Of a stretch of DNA of 57,074 bases, positions 39,138 to 49,199 are shown in pieces. How positions within the stretch are numbered: the first letter of the stretch is position 1; each line of letters starts with the position of its first letter. Origin of the DNA: a virus; the UHGV virus genome UHGV-2195224. The stretch is one strand, 5' to 3'. The notes beneath the pieces are model-generated. The model did no database searches, was not told the DNA's origin, and was given only the letters and a program-made list of their open reading frames with translations. The translations under genes and the position numbers were made by a program.

Positions 39138-40871
39138 TTAAAGCGAGCGGATCCCATAGGACTCAATGTGGTCAGACAGCGTGTCTTCTTTCTCGTACAG
39201 CATGGCTCTGCCAACCGCCATAATCAGCGCAACTGCACCATCGATTTTGTTTTCCGCCTGCTCTTTGACGGGCTTCACCACATCATCGTTACCCGGAATG
39301 GTTTTGCCGACCACGTTGCCAATACACCAGGTCATGATGGGATTGCCATCATGATGAAAGCGCCCCGATTCAATTGCCGCTTCCAGCTCTTTCATCGGGT
39401 CGGACATGTTGGTGTAGTTCTGAATGATAGTGATGGGGTTCAGGTCTTCATCAGCAAGGTCATGTGACAACCCGGTCGCCCCGAAGGGGTCGATGGGTGA
39501 CTCACTGACCGGACTGATTTTGTTCGCCGCTTTGGCCTCCTCGAGGATGTAGCGATAATCCACCTCCGCACCATCGGTAACGGTCAGAACGCCCATTTCC
39601 ACCCATTTCTGAAAGCGTTCGGCTGTCCGGCGATCTTCATTTTTCTCGACGCTGTACACCGTGTCATACGGTACCCAGAAACGCGGGGCCACACTGTAGT
39701 AATGCGTTTTACCGTCAATCTCGCGGGTATAAAGTCGCGCCATGCTGTTCATATCCAGCTTACGCGCCAGGTCAAAGGCCAGAATGCACGGCTGCCCCTC
39801 GAACTGCTCAAGAGTCAGTGATTTATCCTCGCAGCTCTGCCAGCTCACCAGGTTGAAATACGCCGAACGCGCCGACACCCAGATATTGAGGTGTTTTGTT
39901 TTAAAGACGTTTGCCAGACGGGCGTTATTTTTCGCACGCTGCTGCTGACTTAACAAAAATTCGCGATAAACCGACACGCCAATATTCGGGTTAGCTTTTT
40001 CCAGCACCTGCGGGTCGGTCCAGTCATCGCCTTCGTCAACGGTATAGATGATCCCGAACAGTTCATCGTTGGGTACCGACCCGTTGAGCATCTCGATAAC
40101 TTCCCGTCGCTTGTCGTAGCACGGCCCCTCAATGTTGTACCCGGCAGTAGTAATGGCCCACATCAGTGGCTGACGTCGCGCCCCCATCCCGGTAAGCATC
40201 GTGGTGTAAAGCGCATCGGTGGCGTGCTCGTGATATTCATCCACCACCGCACAGTGGGGTGATGAACCATCACCGGGGTTACCGATCAGCGGTTCAAACC
40301 GCGCGCCATCCTCCGGACGATTCATGTTTGAGGCGTTAACCTCAATCCCGAACGCTTCCGTCAGCATGGGTGTGCGTTTACACATCAGTCGCGCCGGGCG
40401 AAAGACTTCCCACGCCTGTTTCTCTGTCGTGGCACCGGAATACACTTCCGCGCCAAACTCGTTATCACAGGCAAAACAATACAGGGCAACACCGGCAGAG
40501 ATTGCCGATTTGCCGTTCTTACGGGGGATTTCGGTATACACCTCCCGGAAGCGGCGCAGCCGGGACCCTTTATTGACCCAGCCAAACGCACAGCAGACCA
40601 CAAATAGCTGCCACGGCTCCAGCGTGATGGGCATCCTCTTGAATGCCCACTCACCCTTGGTGTGCGGCAACAGCTGAATAAATTTGGCGGCCCGTTCAGC
40701 CAGGTCCTTGTCGAAGCGGTAACGAAACGACTTACTTTTTTCCGCCATCAGGTCATCAAGATGGCGCTGGCAGGCCTGAATCACAAACTGGCAGGCCACA
40801 ATCTTTCCGCGCACAACATCACGGGCATACTGATTGGCAGCATTTACGTTGGGGTAAGATTTCCGGCTCAT
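39138..40871 (-). CDS. terminase large subunit
   Basis: 577-aa ORF with Walker A-like PRKNGKS and C-terminal nuclease domain. Confidence 0.9.
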   Translation of the reverse strand: MSRKSYPNVNAANQYARDVVRGKIVACQFVIQACQRHLDDLMAEKSKSFRYRFDKDLAERAAKFIQLLPHTKGEWAFKRMPITLEPWQLFVVCCAFGWVNKGSRLRRFREVYTEIPRKNGKSAISAGVALYCFACDNEFGAEVYSGATTEKQAWEVFRPARLMCKRTPMLTEAFGIEVNASNMNRPEDGARFEPLIGNPGDGSSPHCAVVDEYHEHATDALYTTMLTGMGARRQPLMWAITTAGYNIEGPCYDKRREVIEMLNGSVPNDELFGIIYTVDEGDDWTDPQVLEKANPNIGVSVYREFLLSQQQRAKNNARLANVFKTKHLNIWVSARSAYFNLVSWQSCEDKSLTLEQFEGQPCILAFDLARKLDMNSMARLYTREIDGKTHYYSVAPRFWVPYDTVYSVEKNEDRRTAERFQKWVEMGVLTVTDGAEVDYRYILEEAKAANKISPVSESPIDPFGATGLSHDLADEDLNPITIIQNYTNMSDPMKELEAAIESGRFHHDGNPIMTWCIGNVVGKTIPGNDDVVKPVKEQAENKIDGAVALIMAVGRAMLYEKEDTLSDHIESYGIRSL

Positions 40872-41371
40872 GACTCGATGATTTTCAGAAACGGGTTAGT
40901 GGCTTTCTTCTGCCCCGCCAGGCCAATCAGACGCTGGCGGCTGCTGGGGTCGAGTCCGAGCATTGCCCCCGTGCTGCTCATCTCGGACTCCTGTTCTTTT
41001 TTGGCGGTCAGCTCCGGATTTTTGACCCTGCCGCCCATTGCACCGGTGATGGTGTTGCCCTGTATGGCAATATTTTTCACGGCACGTCGCCAGAACTCGT
41101 AGGCCACGCACCACCGCTCAAGCACCGCGAGGTCAGTCACGCACAGCAGGCCCTGACCGCAGAGTTCTTTGGTTGTCAGTTGCCACATGATCGTGGCGAG
41201 AGGGAGATCTTCTTCAGCGAACCACTCCGGTGGCTCAACACCTTTGATGGGCGTAAAAACAGGTTCATCTTTATTCAGGGCTCGCTTGCCGGGGTTTCCG
41301 GCCAGCGCCTTGCGCGCCGTTGGCTTGGGGCGACGCCCGGAACGCCCCGCCGTTCCAGCCATATGCGGCAC
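40868..41371 (-). CDS. terminase small subunit
   Basis: 167-aa ORF overlapping the large-subunit start; basic N-terminus. Confidence 0.7.
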   Translation of the reverse strand: MPHMAGTAGRSGRRPKPTARKALAGNPGKRALNKDEPVFTPIKGVEPPEWFAEEDLPLATIMWQLTTKELCGQGLLCVTDLAVLERWCVAYEFWRRAVKNIAIQGNTITGAMGGRVKNPELTAKKEQESEMSSTGAMLGLDPSSRQRLIGLAGQKKATNPFLKIIES

Positions 41372-41487
41372 TCCTGGTTAAATTTCATTTTTCGCGGGTA
41401 TAAAAAAACGATGGGGCGGGCAGTCCGGAAGACGTCAGGCCGCAGAGATTTGACCCGCCCCTCCCCTCAGACAGTTGAGAATTATTA

Positions 41488-41877
41488 TCACTTTAGCCGT
41501 TCACGGGCCGTCTTCGCCTTGTGGCACGGCCAGCACAGACTCTGCAGATTGCTGTCGGCATCTGTGCCGCCATGCGCTTTAGGAATGATGTGGTCAACGG
41601 TTTTCGCCTCACGTACCACACCAGCACGCAGACATAACTGACACAGGCCTTTGTCACGTTGCAGCACACGCACGCGAATAACATCCCACTTAGAACCATA
41701 ACCGCGCTGATGACGGGATTGTCCTGGCTTGTATTGCTTCCAGCCCTCGCTTTTGTGGCTTTCGCAATAGCCTGACGGATCAGTAGTGGTATCGCGGCAG
41801 CCGCGAACGCGGCAGGCTTTTGGGGTTCGTGGTGGCATGTAAAATATCCATAATGAGAGAGTACTTGTCTCTCTCAT
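41488..41877 (-). CDS. HNH endonuclease (terminase-associated type)
   Basis: 129-aa ORF with CxxC...HHIIP-like DHIIPKAHGG...N...CWPCH motif; directly upstream of terminase genes. Confidence 0.8.
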   Translation of the reverse strand: MRETSTLSLWIFYMPPRTPKACRVRGCRDTTTDPSGYCESHKSEGWKQYKPGQSRHQRGYGSKWDVIRVRVLQRDKGLCQLCLRAGVVREAKTVDHIIPKAHGGTDADSNLQSLCWPCHKAKTARERLK

Positions 41878-41884
41878 ATAAAAA

Positions 41885-42373
41885 TCAATCTATGAACACT
41901 ACAATTCTAGAATATATTTTTTCTATTTTTGATAAGTAGCACTTTTTATTTCCACCAGTCAGAATATATTGACTATAATCAGTCCTGAGTTGTCTCCATT
42001 CATCATGTATACTTTTATCTTTAATCCCCCCTTCACATAAAACCCATGCTCTCACTGCATTCTGGTATGCTGATTCAAGGTTTTCTTTCATGAAATATAG
42101 TTGTGCTTCATCATCAACTCGGTGAACAACAGCATTATACTGCTGTTTAACTCTTGTTTTAGCTATTCTATATTGTGTGGAATCCCAATTATCGGGCATT
42201 GCCTCAAAGGCATCCTCCAGCTCAAGTAAAGCTCTTTTAAACTCTAACTTTACTTTAAATTGCTCTTGTCTATTCCATGTGTTTAACGCCTTGCGTGCAT
42301 AACACAACGCCCCCAAAGACGCGATAGCCGAACCACAAGCCCCAATAGCAGACCACATATTCCAATCAATCAT
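41885..42373 (-). CDS. uncharacterized membrane-anchored protein (single N-terminal TM helix), AT-rich cargo
   Basis: 162-aa ORF with SD ggagg; MIDWNMWSAIGACGSAIASLGALCYARK...; between spanins and HNH/terminase. Confidence 0.5.
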   Translation of the reverse strand: MIDWNMWSAIGACGSAIASLGALCYARKALNTWNRQEQFKVKLEFKRALLELEDAFEAMPDNWDSTQYRIAKTRVKQQYNAVVHRVDDEAQLYFMKENLESAYQNAVRAWVLCEGGIKDKSIHDEWRQLRTDYSQYILTGGNKKCYLSKIEKIYSRIVVFID

Positions 42374-42435
42374 AATACCTCCAGTTAAAAGAGCAATATT
42401 AACATGGAATCATCTCTATGAAATTACATGCCCTT

Positions 42436-42684
42436 TTACTTGTTAGCGTCGATATTTTTTATTGTCGCTTTATCAAGATTACACTGTTCCAACGCTGACA
42501 TCAGACTCACATTCAACTCCAGACTGTCACCATAGGTCAGAGTATCGGGTATGTGCGGTACTGGTGTTTCCAAAGTCAGAGTAGCTGGAAGCGGAATTGG
42601 AGGTACTGTTACGTAAACTGTCCGCGTACTTCCGCAACCGGTCAGCAGCGGCAGCAGGCACAGGACGTGAAGCACAATCATCAT
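42436..42684 (-). CDS. o-spanin lipoprotein (Rz1-like), embedded in the Rz frame
   Basis: +1-frame ORF inside Rz with lipobox MMIVLHVLCLLPLLTGCGS and Pro-rich mature part. Confidence 0.6.
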   Translation of the reverse strand: MMIVLHVLCLLPLLTGCGSTRTVYVTVPPIPLPATLTLETPVPHIPDTLTYGDSLELNVSLMSALEQCNLDKATIKNIDANK

Positions 42685-42961
42685 CCGCAACAGCCATTTT
42701 GATATCTTCCTGGGTTCTCTGTGACTCCAGTGCGATCTGCTGTTTTGCATGCTGGTTAGCCTCCAGTACTGTATTGACAATTTGCAGTGATTGCAGGACG
42801 TTATTGGTAATGGCAGTTGCCAATTTGGCATTTTGTACAGCTTCATCAGCACGTTTCTTTTCGTACTGATATTTGCTGTAGTAGTGGTTGGCTGACCAGA
42901 TGAAAGAACCAATGACAGTAACGAAGAAAGCAGAGATAACCAGCTTATAGCTCAACTTCAT
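42527..42961 (-). CDS. i-spanin (Rz-like)
   Basis: 144-aa ORF with N-terminal TM helix and coiled-coil periplasmic domain; follows endolysin. Confidence 0.7.
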   Translation of the reverse strand: MKLSYKLVISAFFVTVIGSFIWSANHYYSKYQYEKKRADEAVQNAKLATAITNNVLQSLQIVNTVLEANQHAKQQIALESQRTQEDIKMAVADDDCASRPVPAAAADRLRKYADSLRNSTSNSASSYSDFGNTSTAHTRYSDLW

Positions 42962-43421
42962 TTACCACCCCACCAGCCTCTTTAAACCGGGAAATCAGGT
43001 CACCGATTTTATGTTCATACTGACCGTAACCTGCACCAGGTAACGACGCCCAGATATTGCTGCAACGATCAATAGCCTGACGGATATCACCGCGATCAAT
43101 CATCGGTAAAGCGCCACGCTCTTTAATCTGCTGCAATGCCACTGCGTCCTGGCTTTTGGGGGAGAAGTTTTTCAAACCAAGCTGTTTACGGTAAGCATCC
43201 CACCAGCGTGAAAGAAGCTGATAACGTCCGGCGGCTGTTGATTTGAGTTTGGGGTTTAGCGTGACAAGTTTGCGAGGGTGATCGGAGTAATCAGTAAATA
43301 GCTCTCCGCCTACAATGACGTCATAACCATGATTTCTGGTTTTCTGCCGTCCGTTATCCGTTCCTTCTGACCATGCCACCATATCGAGGAAAGCTTTACG
43401 CTGGGAATTTAGTGCCTGCAT
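42945..43421 (-). CDS. R: endolysin (lambda R-like lytic transglycosylase)
   Basis: 158-aa ORF ...QRKAFLDMVAWSEGTDNGRQKTRNHGYDVIVGGELFTDYSDHPRKLVTLNPKLKSTAAGRYQLLSRWWDAYRKQLGL... Confidence 0.9.
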   Translation of the reverse strand: MQALNSQRKAFLDMVAWSEGTDNGRQKTRNHGYDVIVGGELFTDYSDHPRKLVTLNPKLKSTAAGRYQLLSRWWDAYRKQLGLKNFSPKSQDAVALQQIKERGALPMIDRGDIRQAIDRCSNIWASLPGAGYGQYEHKIGDLISRFKEAGGVVNEVEL

Positions 43422-43424
43422 AAA

Positions 43425-43751
43425 TTACTCCTTCGAGCTACCAAATTTGTTACCGATTACTCGCATTGCAGCCCCACGAATTGCATCGACACCAATCAGC
43501 CCAACACCGCCACCAATGGCAACAGAAAGAGATTTAGGCCATCCGACATACTCAAGAGCGGATGCAAAAGTCAGCGTCAGAGCACCACAGAGCAAAATCT
43601 CGAGCGTTTTTCGCTTCCACCCACCACCACCGCCAAAATAGGCAATACGCAATCCAGCCATAACAATCGACATAATCACTGCGCCCAGTGGTGTGTCTCC
43701 ACGCCACCAGCTCTGGACCAACTCCAGCCAGGTATTTGGGTTATGAGGCAT
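43425..43751 (-). CDS. holin
   Basis: 108-aa ORF with multiple TM segments, first gene after the tR-prime-like element and immediately upstream of the endolysin. Confidence 0.7.
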   Translation of the reverse strand: MPHNPNTWLELVQSWWRGDTPLGAVIMSIVMAGLRIAYFGGGGGWKRKTLEILLCGALTLTFASALEYVGWPKSLSVAIGGGVGLIGVDAIRGAAMRVIGNKFGSSKE

Positions 43752-43902
43752 TTGTAGTTATCTCTCACCTCGCTGATACAGCAGGTGCAAATTGAGGGAA
43801 CATCATGTACCGCAAATCAGAAGCGGAAACGTCAAAGAAGCCGAGCCAATGGATAACTGCGGAATAGGCCAGGACCAACGAATCCCCAGCCCCAGAGACG
43901 AC

Positions 43903-43956
43903 AAAACCCGCTCGACGGCGGGTTTAAGCTGTGTGGCGAAGTAACCACTCTTAACA
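43903..43956 (-). promoter_or_regulatory. conserved late-leader element including tR-prime-like hairpin (paralog of 781-834)
   Basis: aaaacccgctcgacggcgggtttaagctgtgtggcgaagtaaccactcttaaca, one mismatch to the prophage 1 copy. Confidence 0.45.
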
Positions 43957-44038
43957 CGATACAATAGTTTTTGCGTACGCGTTAGTGGTTATGTAAACTT
44001 TCTCCATATAAAAACAGCAAAGAAGCGGATATTTTGAA

Positions 44039-45067
44039 ATGGCTACACTGGACGCATTCAGTAGAGTAATAACTCATCATACTATTACGATCGATACACA
44101 ATACCGTACACAGAAAATTGATGATAGCATCAGATCGAACTGTGTTTGCCCAGTACCAACAATGCGTGAACTTGCTTCTAAAATAGTACATTGTAAAGCA
44201 ATGATGCACAGTTATGAAAAAGGAGACTTAGTTTTAACTTTACAAGATGTAATATTCTTATCAAACAGAGCCGATAAAAAACCCAGCCATCTTGGTCTTT
44301 TAATTAATGCTGTAGATAAAAATGGAAGCACTACTGTATTAAAAAACATTAATACAGATGTTCGCACCGAAATATCACCAAAACATGAGGAAGGTGAAGG
44401 TTACGAAGTTTCTTCTCATATGATTATTTCTCTAGACGGAAATATGCGAACGTATGACATGAGTTTTATGCCAATACCAGGAGTTTCCACAGCAAAAATA
44501 AATGGTTTCCTGAATAAAGTTCTCTTTAACGTAGCCAAAGATAATGAAGATATCTTTTCATGTAACACTTTAACAAATGAAGTATCAAGTTTAACAAAGA
44601 AAAAAATAAAAGTATTATACAAGCCAGTCTTTGATATATCTGGAAAGTTAGATGAAGATTTGTTCAATAAAATAAATAAAGAAGGACTTTCTGATGTCGT
44701 TTTGGTAAAGAATGAATACAGAACTATTAATGCGCCAGATGTTAACGCGGCTATTATTCCTAAAGAAAGTACTTTACGCTTAGTACCAAACCATGGCCCC
44801 AACAATGTCCTTGGATGGATAAAATCTGTCTCAAACTTCTTTAAAGAAGATAAAAATGGAGGTTATGACTTAATAAAAATAAAATTCAAAGAGCCAGAGA
44901 CAGGATTCACAAGACAAGTTGACCTTCAAACTTCAAATGTAAGGCTGGATGGGCTGGAAAAAACATTTATCAAAAAGAGTGTAATAAATGGTTTTTCTTC
45001 GCGCTTAAAGGATTCTTATGATAGTATTAACATGGAGTTTGTGAATAAGATTATCGAGGTCATGTGA
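44039..45067 (+). CDS. uncharacterized soluble protein (342 aa), first gene of an AT-rich antisense cargo operon between Q and the holin
   Basis: ORF MATLDAFSRVITHHTITIDTQYRTQKIDDSIRSN...; no recognised motif; weak SD. Confidence 0.55.
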   Translation: MATLDAFSRVITHHTITIDTQYRTQKIDDSIRSNCVCPVPTMRELASKIVHCKAMMHSYEKGDLVLTLQDVIFLSNRADKKPSHLGLLINAVDKNGSTTVLKNINTDVRTEISPKHEEGEGYEVSSHMIISLDGNMRTYDMSFMPIPGVSTAKINGFLNKVLFNVAKDNEDIFSCNTLTNEVSSLTKKKIKVLYKPVFDISGKLDEDLFNKINKEGLSDVVLVKNEYRTINAPDVNAAIIPKESTLRLVPNHGPNNVLGWIKSVSNFFKEDKNGGYDLIKIKFKEPETGFTRQVDLQTSNVRLDGLEKTFIKKSVINGFSSRLKDSYDSINMEFVNKIIEVM

Positions 45068-45074
45068 GGCTAAT

Positions 45075-45650
45075 ATGATTAGTATATTTTCACATTTATT
45101 TAGACCGTTTGGTTACCTTTTCATTAAGGGAATTAGTGGTAAGTGCGCATACGATTTTTATGCACCTGCCGGGCTTGCTGTGATTTCTTTTTTTTACTTT
45201 TATTTATTTAAAATACCTACATCAGACCTACTAAAAGATGGCGGCTTTATTAAGTCTATATCTGGATTTGTATCAAATCTGCCAGGTTTTTATATAGCAG
45301 CTCTTGCAGCAATAGCCACTTTCAACAGAGAACAAATTGACTACCCTCTGATAGGAACTAATGGCACTCCTTTTATTAAAATTACACGAACAAAAGAAAA
45401 TGGTAGAATTGTTGACACTCAAGAGAAACTTACCAGAAGATTATTTCTGTGCATGTTATTTTCATTTTTAACTGCCCTCAGCATATGCATAGTGATTTTC
45501 AACGCTTTTATCACACCACTAATAAACATACTGAATAATGATATAGCAAACTGGTGCTATATCATTATCTTTTTATTCCTTACATGGCAAATGCTTGTTT
45601 CAACATTTTTTGGACTATACTATCTTGGTGATAGGATTCACATTAATTAA
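45075..45650 (+). CDS. uncharacterized integral membrane protein (191 aa, about four TM helices), second gene of the cargo operon
   Basis: Starts 8 nt after the upstream stop with SD gagg; hydrophobic runs AGLAVISFFYFYLF, LPGFYIAALAAIATF, LFLCMLFSFLTALSICIVIFNAFI, WCYIIIFLFLTWQMLVSTFFGLYYL. Confidence 0.6.
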   Translation: MISIFSHLFRPFGYLFIKGISGKCAYDFYAPAGLAVISFFYFYLFKIPTSDLLKDGGFIKSISGFVSNLPGFYIAALAAIATFNREQIDYPLIGTNGTPFIKITRTKENGRIVDTQEKLTRRLFLCMLFSFLTALSICIVIFNAFITPLINILNNDIANWCYIIIFLFLTWQMLVSTFFGLYYLGDRIHIN

Positions 45651-46005
45651 CTACCATAATGGGGTTTATAGTTATTATTACACCGCTGATAAACCCCATG
45701 GCAGTCTGCAATTCCTTCCTAATTGTGCCATCTGAACATCTTCTCTTCTTGGCAATAGTGCGTAATGAGATACCAATAACAAAGTGAGCTATGATCAGCT
45801 CATATTCCTCTGGTTTATACTTTCGCAACCGAGCCACACAACCGTCTATCATGATGCCTTCATCATCATCACACTGGAGACGTGACTTTTTACCGTGTGG
45901 TAAAAGTCCCTTGAAACCAGCCGCTATCGGCTGCCAGTCCACACCACTATTTTCTGCTGCAGCCCATGCTCCCCAGCGGTCCAATACTTCATACATATCA
46001 CGCAT
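45643..46005 (-). CDS. late-gene antiterminator Q (paralog of quuD)
   Basis: ...[62 protein letters not shown]... Confidence 0.75.
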   Translation of the reverse strand: MRDMYEVLDRWGAWAAAENSGVDWQPIAAGFKGLLPHGKKSRLQCDDDEGIMIDGCVARLRKYKPEEYELIIAHFVIGISLRTIAKKRRCSDGTIRKELQTAMGFISGVIITINPIMVVN

Positions 46006-46022
46006 CAACTTTCTCCACAAAA

Positions 46023-47018
46023 TCAGGCCAGCACGCCAATTGCCAGCGCACGATCGATAAAACGAAATATCAGCTCCAGCTGGGAGCCATACTTCTCTTC
46101 AAATGCCACGGTATCCGCATGCAGCTCGTCGTGATGCTTTCTGCACAAAGGCAACACAAAAAGGTCATGCGCTTTTGTTCCCATTCCACCCTGACCGTAA
46201 CCTATCAGGTGGTGGGGATCATCAGCGGGCCTTCCACAACATGCACACGGCTGTGTCTTAACCCAGCGCGTGTACTTTTCATTAACCCAGCGGCGACGTT
46301 TGGGGCGTAACATAAAAGACTCCGGCGACTCCGGATCCACTTTCAGCGCCAGCACCTTTTTCGCCTTATCCTGGATGATGCTGGTGGCAGGAACCGAAGG
46401 CACAAGGTCACTTTCCCGGGTGACAGACGGCACAACAGGCTTCGGTAATCTCAGTGCCTTACGGGCTGCACTTTCCGGTAAGGCATCCGCCAGGTCATTA
46501 CGAATCAGCCACCAGCACAGTTCCGGCATTGTCACAACGTGACTGTCATCAAAACCGAGATCCCGACACACAACAGACAACACCCAGCGGGCACAGTTAT
46601 CCGTTGCCATTGATTCCAGCCGTTCCGTGAACTGATCGCGCAGCTGGTTATCGCAGTGCCAGCACAGACGGATTGCGCCCGGCGCGTGTCGCATTGTGGT
46701 CATGTTCTCGCTGTGCCAGTCGGAATGAGGCCACTGACAGCCCTTTTCACGAAGTAACCAGCTTTCAAGACATTCCACGCCACCAGCACGACGGATCACT
46801 GCCTCATTGCGGAACACGGCCCGAACGGCAGGATCATCCGCCAGCGGTTGTGATGCCACCGGAACGGCACCACTGGCGAAAGATGAATAACGTTCCGGCT
46901 CAGGCTCCAGCAGGACACGCCCCTGCATAAACAGGGGCATCAGCTCTGAACCTGGCCTGAACAATACGATCCCCATACGCGGGGCAATTTCAGGGGTCAG
47001 TAGTGCTCTCACGGTCAC
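46023..47018 (-). CDS. DUF968-type phage protein with C-terminal Cys/His-rich HNH-like region
   Basis: 331-aa ORF; C-terminal ...QPCACCGRPADDPHHLIGYGQGGMGTKAHDLFVLPLCRKHHDELH... Confidence 0.55.
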   Translation of the reverse strand: MTVRALLTPEIAPRMGIVLFRPGSELMPLFMQGRVLLEPEPERYSSFASGAVPVASQPLADDPAVRAVFRNEAVIRRAGGVECLESWLLREKGCQWPHSDWHSENMTTMRHAPGAIRLCWHCDNQLRDQFTERLESMATDNCARWVLSVVCRDLGFDDSHVVTMPELCWWLIRNDLADALPESAARKALRLPKPVVPSVTRESDLVPSVPATSIIQDKAKKVLALKVDPESPESFMLRPKRRRWVNEKYTRWVKTQPCACCGRPADDPHHLIGYGQGGMGTKAHDLFVLPLCRKHHDELHADTVAFEEKYGSQLELIFRFIDRALAIGVLA

Positions 47019-47019
47019 C

Positions 47020-47817
47020 TCAATGAACGGTATCGAGCAGCTTTAACAGCTCAGGGAATCGGGATTCGAAGAAATGCGGCTGCGTCTCGCGCGGATTTGC
47101 GGGACTGGTGATGTTCTTGCCGAACATGCAGCCTTTCGCTGTCAGCGACCAGAATTTTTTGATGTTGTTAATCGCGGTACGGCTGTATCGTTCGCGTTGT
47201 TCAACTATCCCCAGCTTCGCCATCTGGTGATATGCCTGATTAGCCGTCAGGCAGATACCATACTGTTTCAGCAGTGCACTCAGTGACAGTGTCGGGCGAC
47301 TTGAGCCATCGTGTGCATCAGCAGGAGCATCAATGGCATAGCGCGGTGCCAGATTCGGTAAGCCAACAGCCTCCTGGAGTTTCTGACAGGCTCCAAGCAC
47401 TGAAGAGTTAGACAGATTTAACTCCCGGCGCATAAAGTCCAGCAGAATCACGCCAGCCTGCATCTTGTCAGCAGCCTGTCCGGATAACTTTTCCGGCGCG
47501 CTGGTTACCATATCGAAAGTACGGATCACCTTCAGATGGAATGACGGACTGATCCACATTGCATAGGCATACACCAGTTCCTTGCAGACATACGTCCCCT
47601 GGTTATTTCCGCCACGAATAACGTTAACTGGCTCTATATTGACCGAGTTGCAAATCTGCAACTCGCTTATTAAACGTTCAGTTTGCTCATTGCGGAGCCA
47701 GAATGCAGGCTTATGCTTATCCAGAGAACCGGCAGCCCTGTGCAGATCGTTCAGGCTGTAACGCCCATAAGCATCACGACGAACTTCAATACCATCAATG
47801 ACCATCAGATTATTCAT
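47020..47817 (-). CDS. KilA-N domain protein (antirepressor-like)
   Basis: 265-aa ORF; N-terminal ...IEVRRDAYGRYSLNDLHRAAGSLDKHKPAFWLRNEQTERLISEL... Confidence 0.55.
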   Translation of the reverse strand: MNNLMVIDGIEVRRDAYGRYSLNDLHRAAGSLDKHKPAFWLRNEQTERLISELQICNSVNIEPVNVIRGGNNQGTYVCKELVYAYAMWISPSFHLKVIRTFDMVTSAPEKLSGQAADKMQAGVILLDFMRRELNLSNSSVLGACQKLQEAVGLPNLAPRYAIDAPADAHDGSSRPTLSLSALLKQYGICLTANQAYHQMAKLGIVEQRERYSRTAINNIKKFWSLTAKGCMFGKNITSPANPRETQPHFFESRFPELLKLLDTVH

Positions 47818-47836
47818 ACTTCGTTTCTCCTCTTAA

Positions 47837-48226
47837 TCAGGCGGCTGCACCCGCCGTTTTCTCGTACTTACTGATAGTTATCTCGACCTTCCCTTCCGGG
47901 ATAACCGGTCCCCACTCCACCAGCATTCTTTTCACCTGGCTGTCGTCTTCCCACACACCCGCGTGGGTCAGGGCGTCAAACAGCGCCTTGTTATAGTTGT
48001 CCAGATCGCGGCTCCGGTTATCCGGAGGAAACAACACGATCTCCACTGAAGCAGGTGCCGACGTTGGTTTCGGCAGACGACGTAACTGCTCAACTATTGC
48101 TGCGCAGGCCGTGCTCTGGAATTTACGCCCCGCCGCGCTTATCAGGCTCTTACCAGCAAACGCCCCTTTGTTGGGGTGTCGCCAGTACGTGTTCACGCTG
48201 GGCGGGAAAGGCAGGATCAGCTTCAT
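47837..48226 (-). CDS. RusA-family Holliday-junction resolvase
   Basis: 129-aa ORF MKLILPFPPSVNTYWRHPNKG...DLDNYNKALFDALTHAGVWEDDSQV. Confidence 0.8.
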   Translation of the reverse strand: MKLILPFPPSVNTYWRHPNKGAFAGKSLISAAGRKFQSTACAAIVEQLRRLPKPTSAPASVEIVLFPPDNRSRDLDNYNKALFDALTHAGVWEDDSQVKRMLVEWGPVIPEGKVEITISKYEKTAGAAA

Positions 48227-48549
48227 ACTTTCAGGCCCCTCTCATGTAACCAGTGGGCTGCACGCAGCCTGCCGTTTTCCTCACCGGCAAGCAGTGCGCG
48301 GATAATCCCGACCGCCTCGCTGTCGTCGTCCTTCACCGCGGTATGAAGCGTGATGCCCCGGGCCACGCCACGCTTTATCGTGATGACGCCTTTTTTCTCC
48401 AGTGCGCGAAGATGCTCCACCGCTGCATTCACTGAACGGTATCCCAGCATGGTTGCCACCTCCTGATTGGTTGGCGGAAAGCCACGTTCTTGCTGGTAAG
48501 AAATCAGCATATCCAGCACCTGCTGCTGGCATTGAGTTAACGTCGTCAT
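48223..48549 (-). CDS. LexA-N-terminal-like winged-helix DNA-binding protein
   Basis: 108-aa ORF ...QQVLDMLISYQQERGFPPTNQEVATMLGYRSVNAAVEHLRALEKKGVI... Confidence 0.55.
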   Translation of the reverse strand: MTTLTQCQQQVLDMLISYQQERGFPPTNQEVATMLGYRSVNAAVEHLRALEKKGVITIKRGVARGITLHTAVKDDDSEAVGIIRALLAGEENGRLRAAHWLHERGLKV

Positions 48550-49199
48550 GCTGCCATCTCCCTGACAATTTTTTCTGCCTGCTGGCGAACCTGCACCAGA
48601 AAGGCCTCACCACATGCCTCAAGTTCATCGCGCCCGATGTAGCTGATTGCTGGTCCCTTCCAGGTCTTGTCGAAAACAGCAATAGCACCAGCGAAGAAAG
48701 CGCCTGTCGGCACCTGCTTCTCGTCCTTCGGGATAAACCAGGCTGGCAGTTCAAAACCAATACGCCCGCGAATAAAAGCAATATGGTCTGCATCTTCCGG
48801 CCACCAAACTTCGCTGGTGGCAGCTTTGATCAGGAAAACATAGCGCCCGCCTTTATCACGCATAGCACTGGCATGTTTCATGATGTAACGCATGCCGGTG
48901 ATGTATTGCCCCTCATGCTGACTGGCGCGGCTGTACGGGGGATTACCAAAGGCAGCACCTTTAAGCTCCGCAAGACGTTCAGACCAGTCATGCGCCAGCG
49001 CGTTGTCTTCCGCAGTGTAATAAGCGGCACATTTGGCGTTATCACCATCAGTGAACAGATCCAGAACAAACGGGCCAAACAGGGTGTTAATTCCCCAGAA
49101 AATGTTGTCCGGCGTGCGCCACTGATCGCCCACTTCCTTCAGTTCATGGGCTGGTTTGTTCCGCAGCTCCACCAGCGCCTGGCAATATTTATTACTCAT
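48546..49199 (-). CDS. phage DNA N6-adenine methyltransferase (orphan, Dam-like)
   Basis: Internal ATG MSNKYCQALVELRNK...; catalytic NPPY motif (GNPPYSRASQHEG); no adjacent restriction gene. Confidence 0.7.
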   Translation of the reverse strand: MSNKYCQALVELRNKPAHELKEVGDQWRTPDNIFWGINTLFGPFVLDLFTDGDNAKCAAYYTAEDNALAHDWSERLAELKGAAFGNPPYSRASQHEGQYITGMRYIMKHASAMRDKGGRYVFLIKAATSEVWWPEDADHIAFIRGRIGFELPAWFIPKDEKQVPTGAFFAGAIAVFDKTWKGPAISYIGRDELEACGEAFLVQVRQQAEKIVREMAA

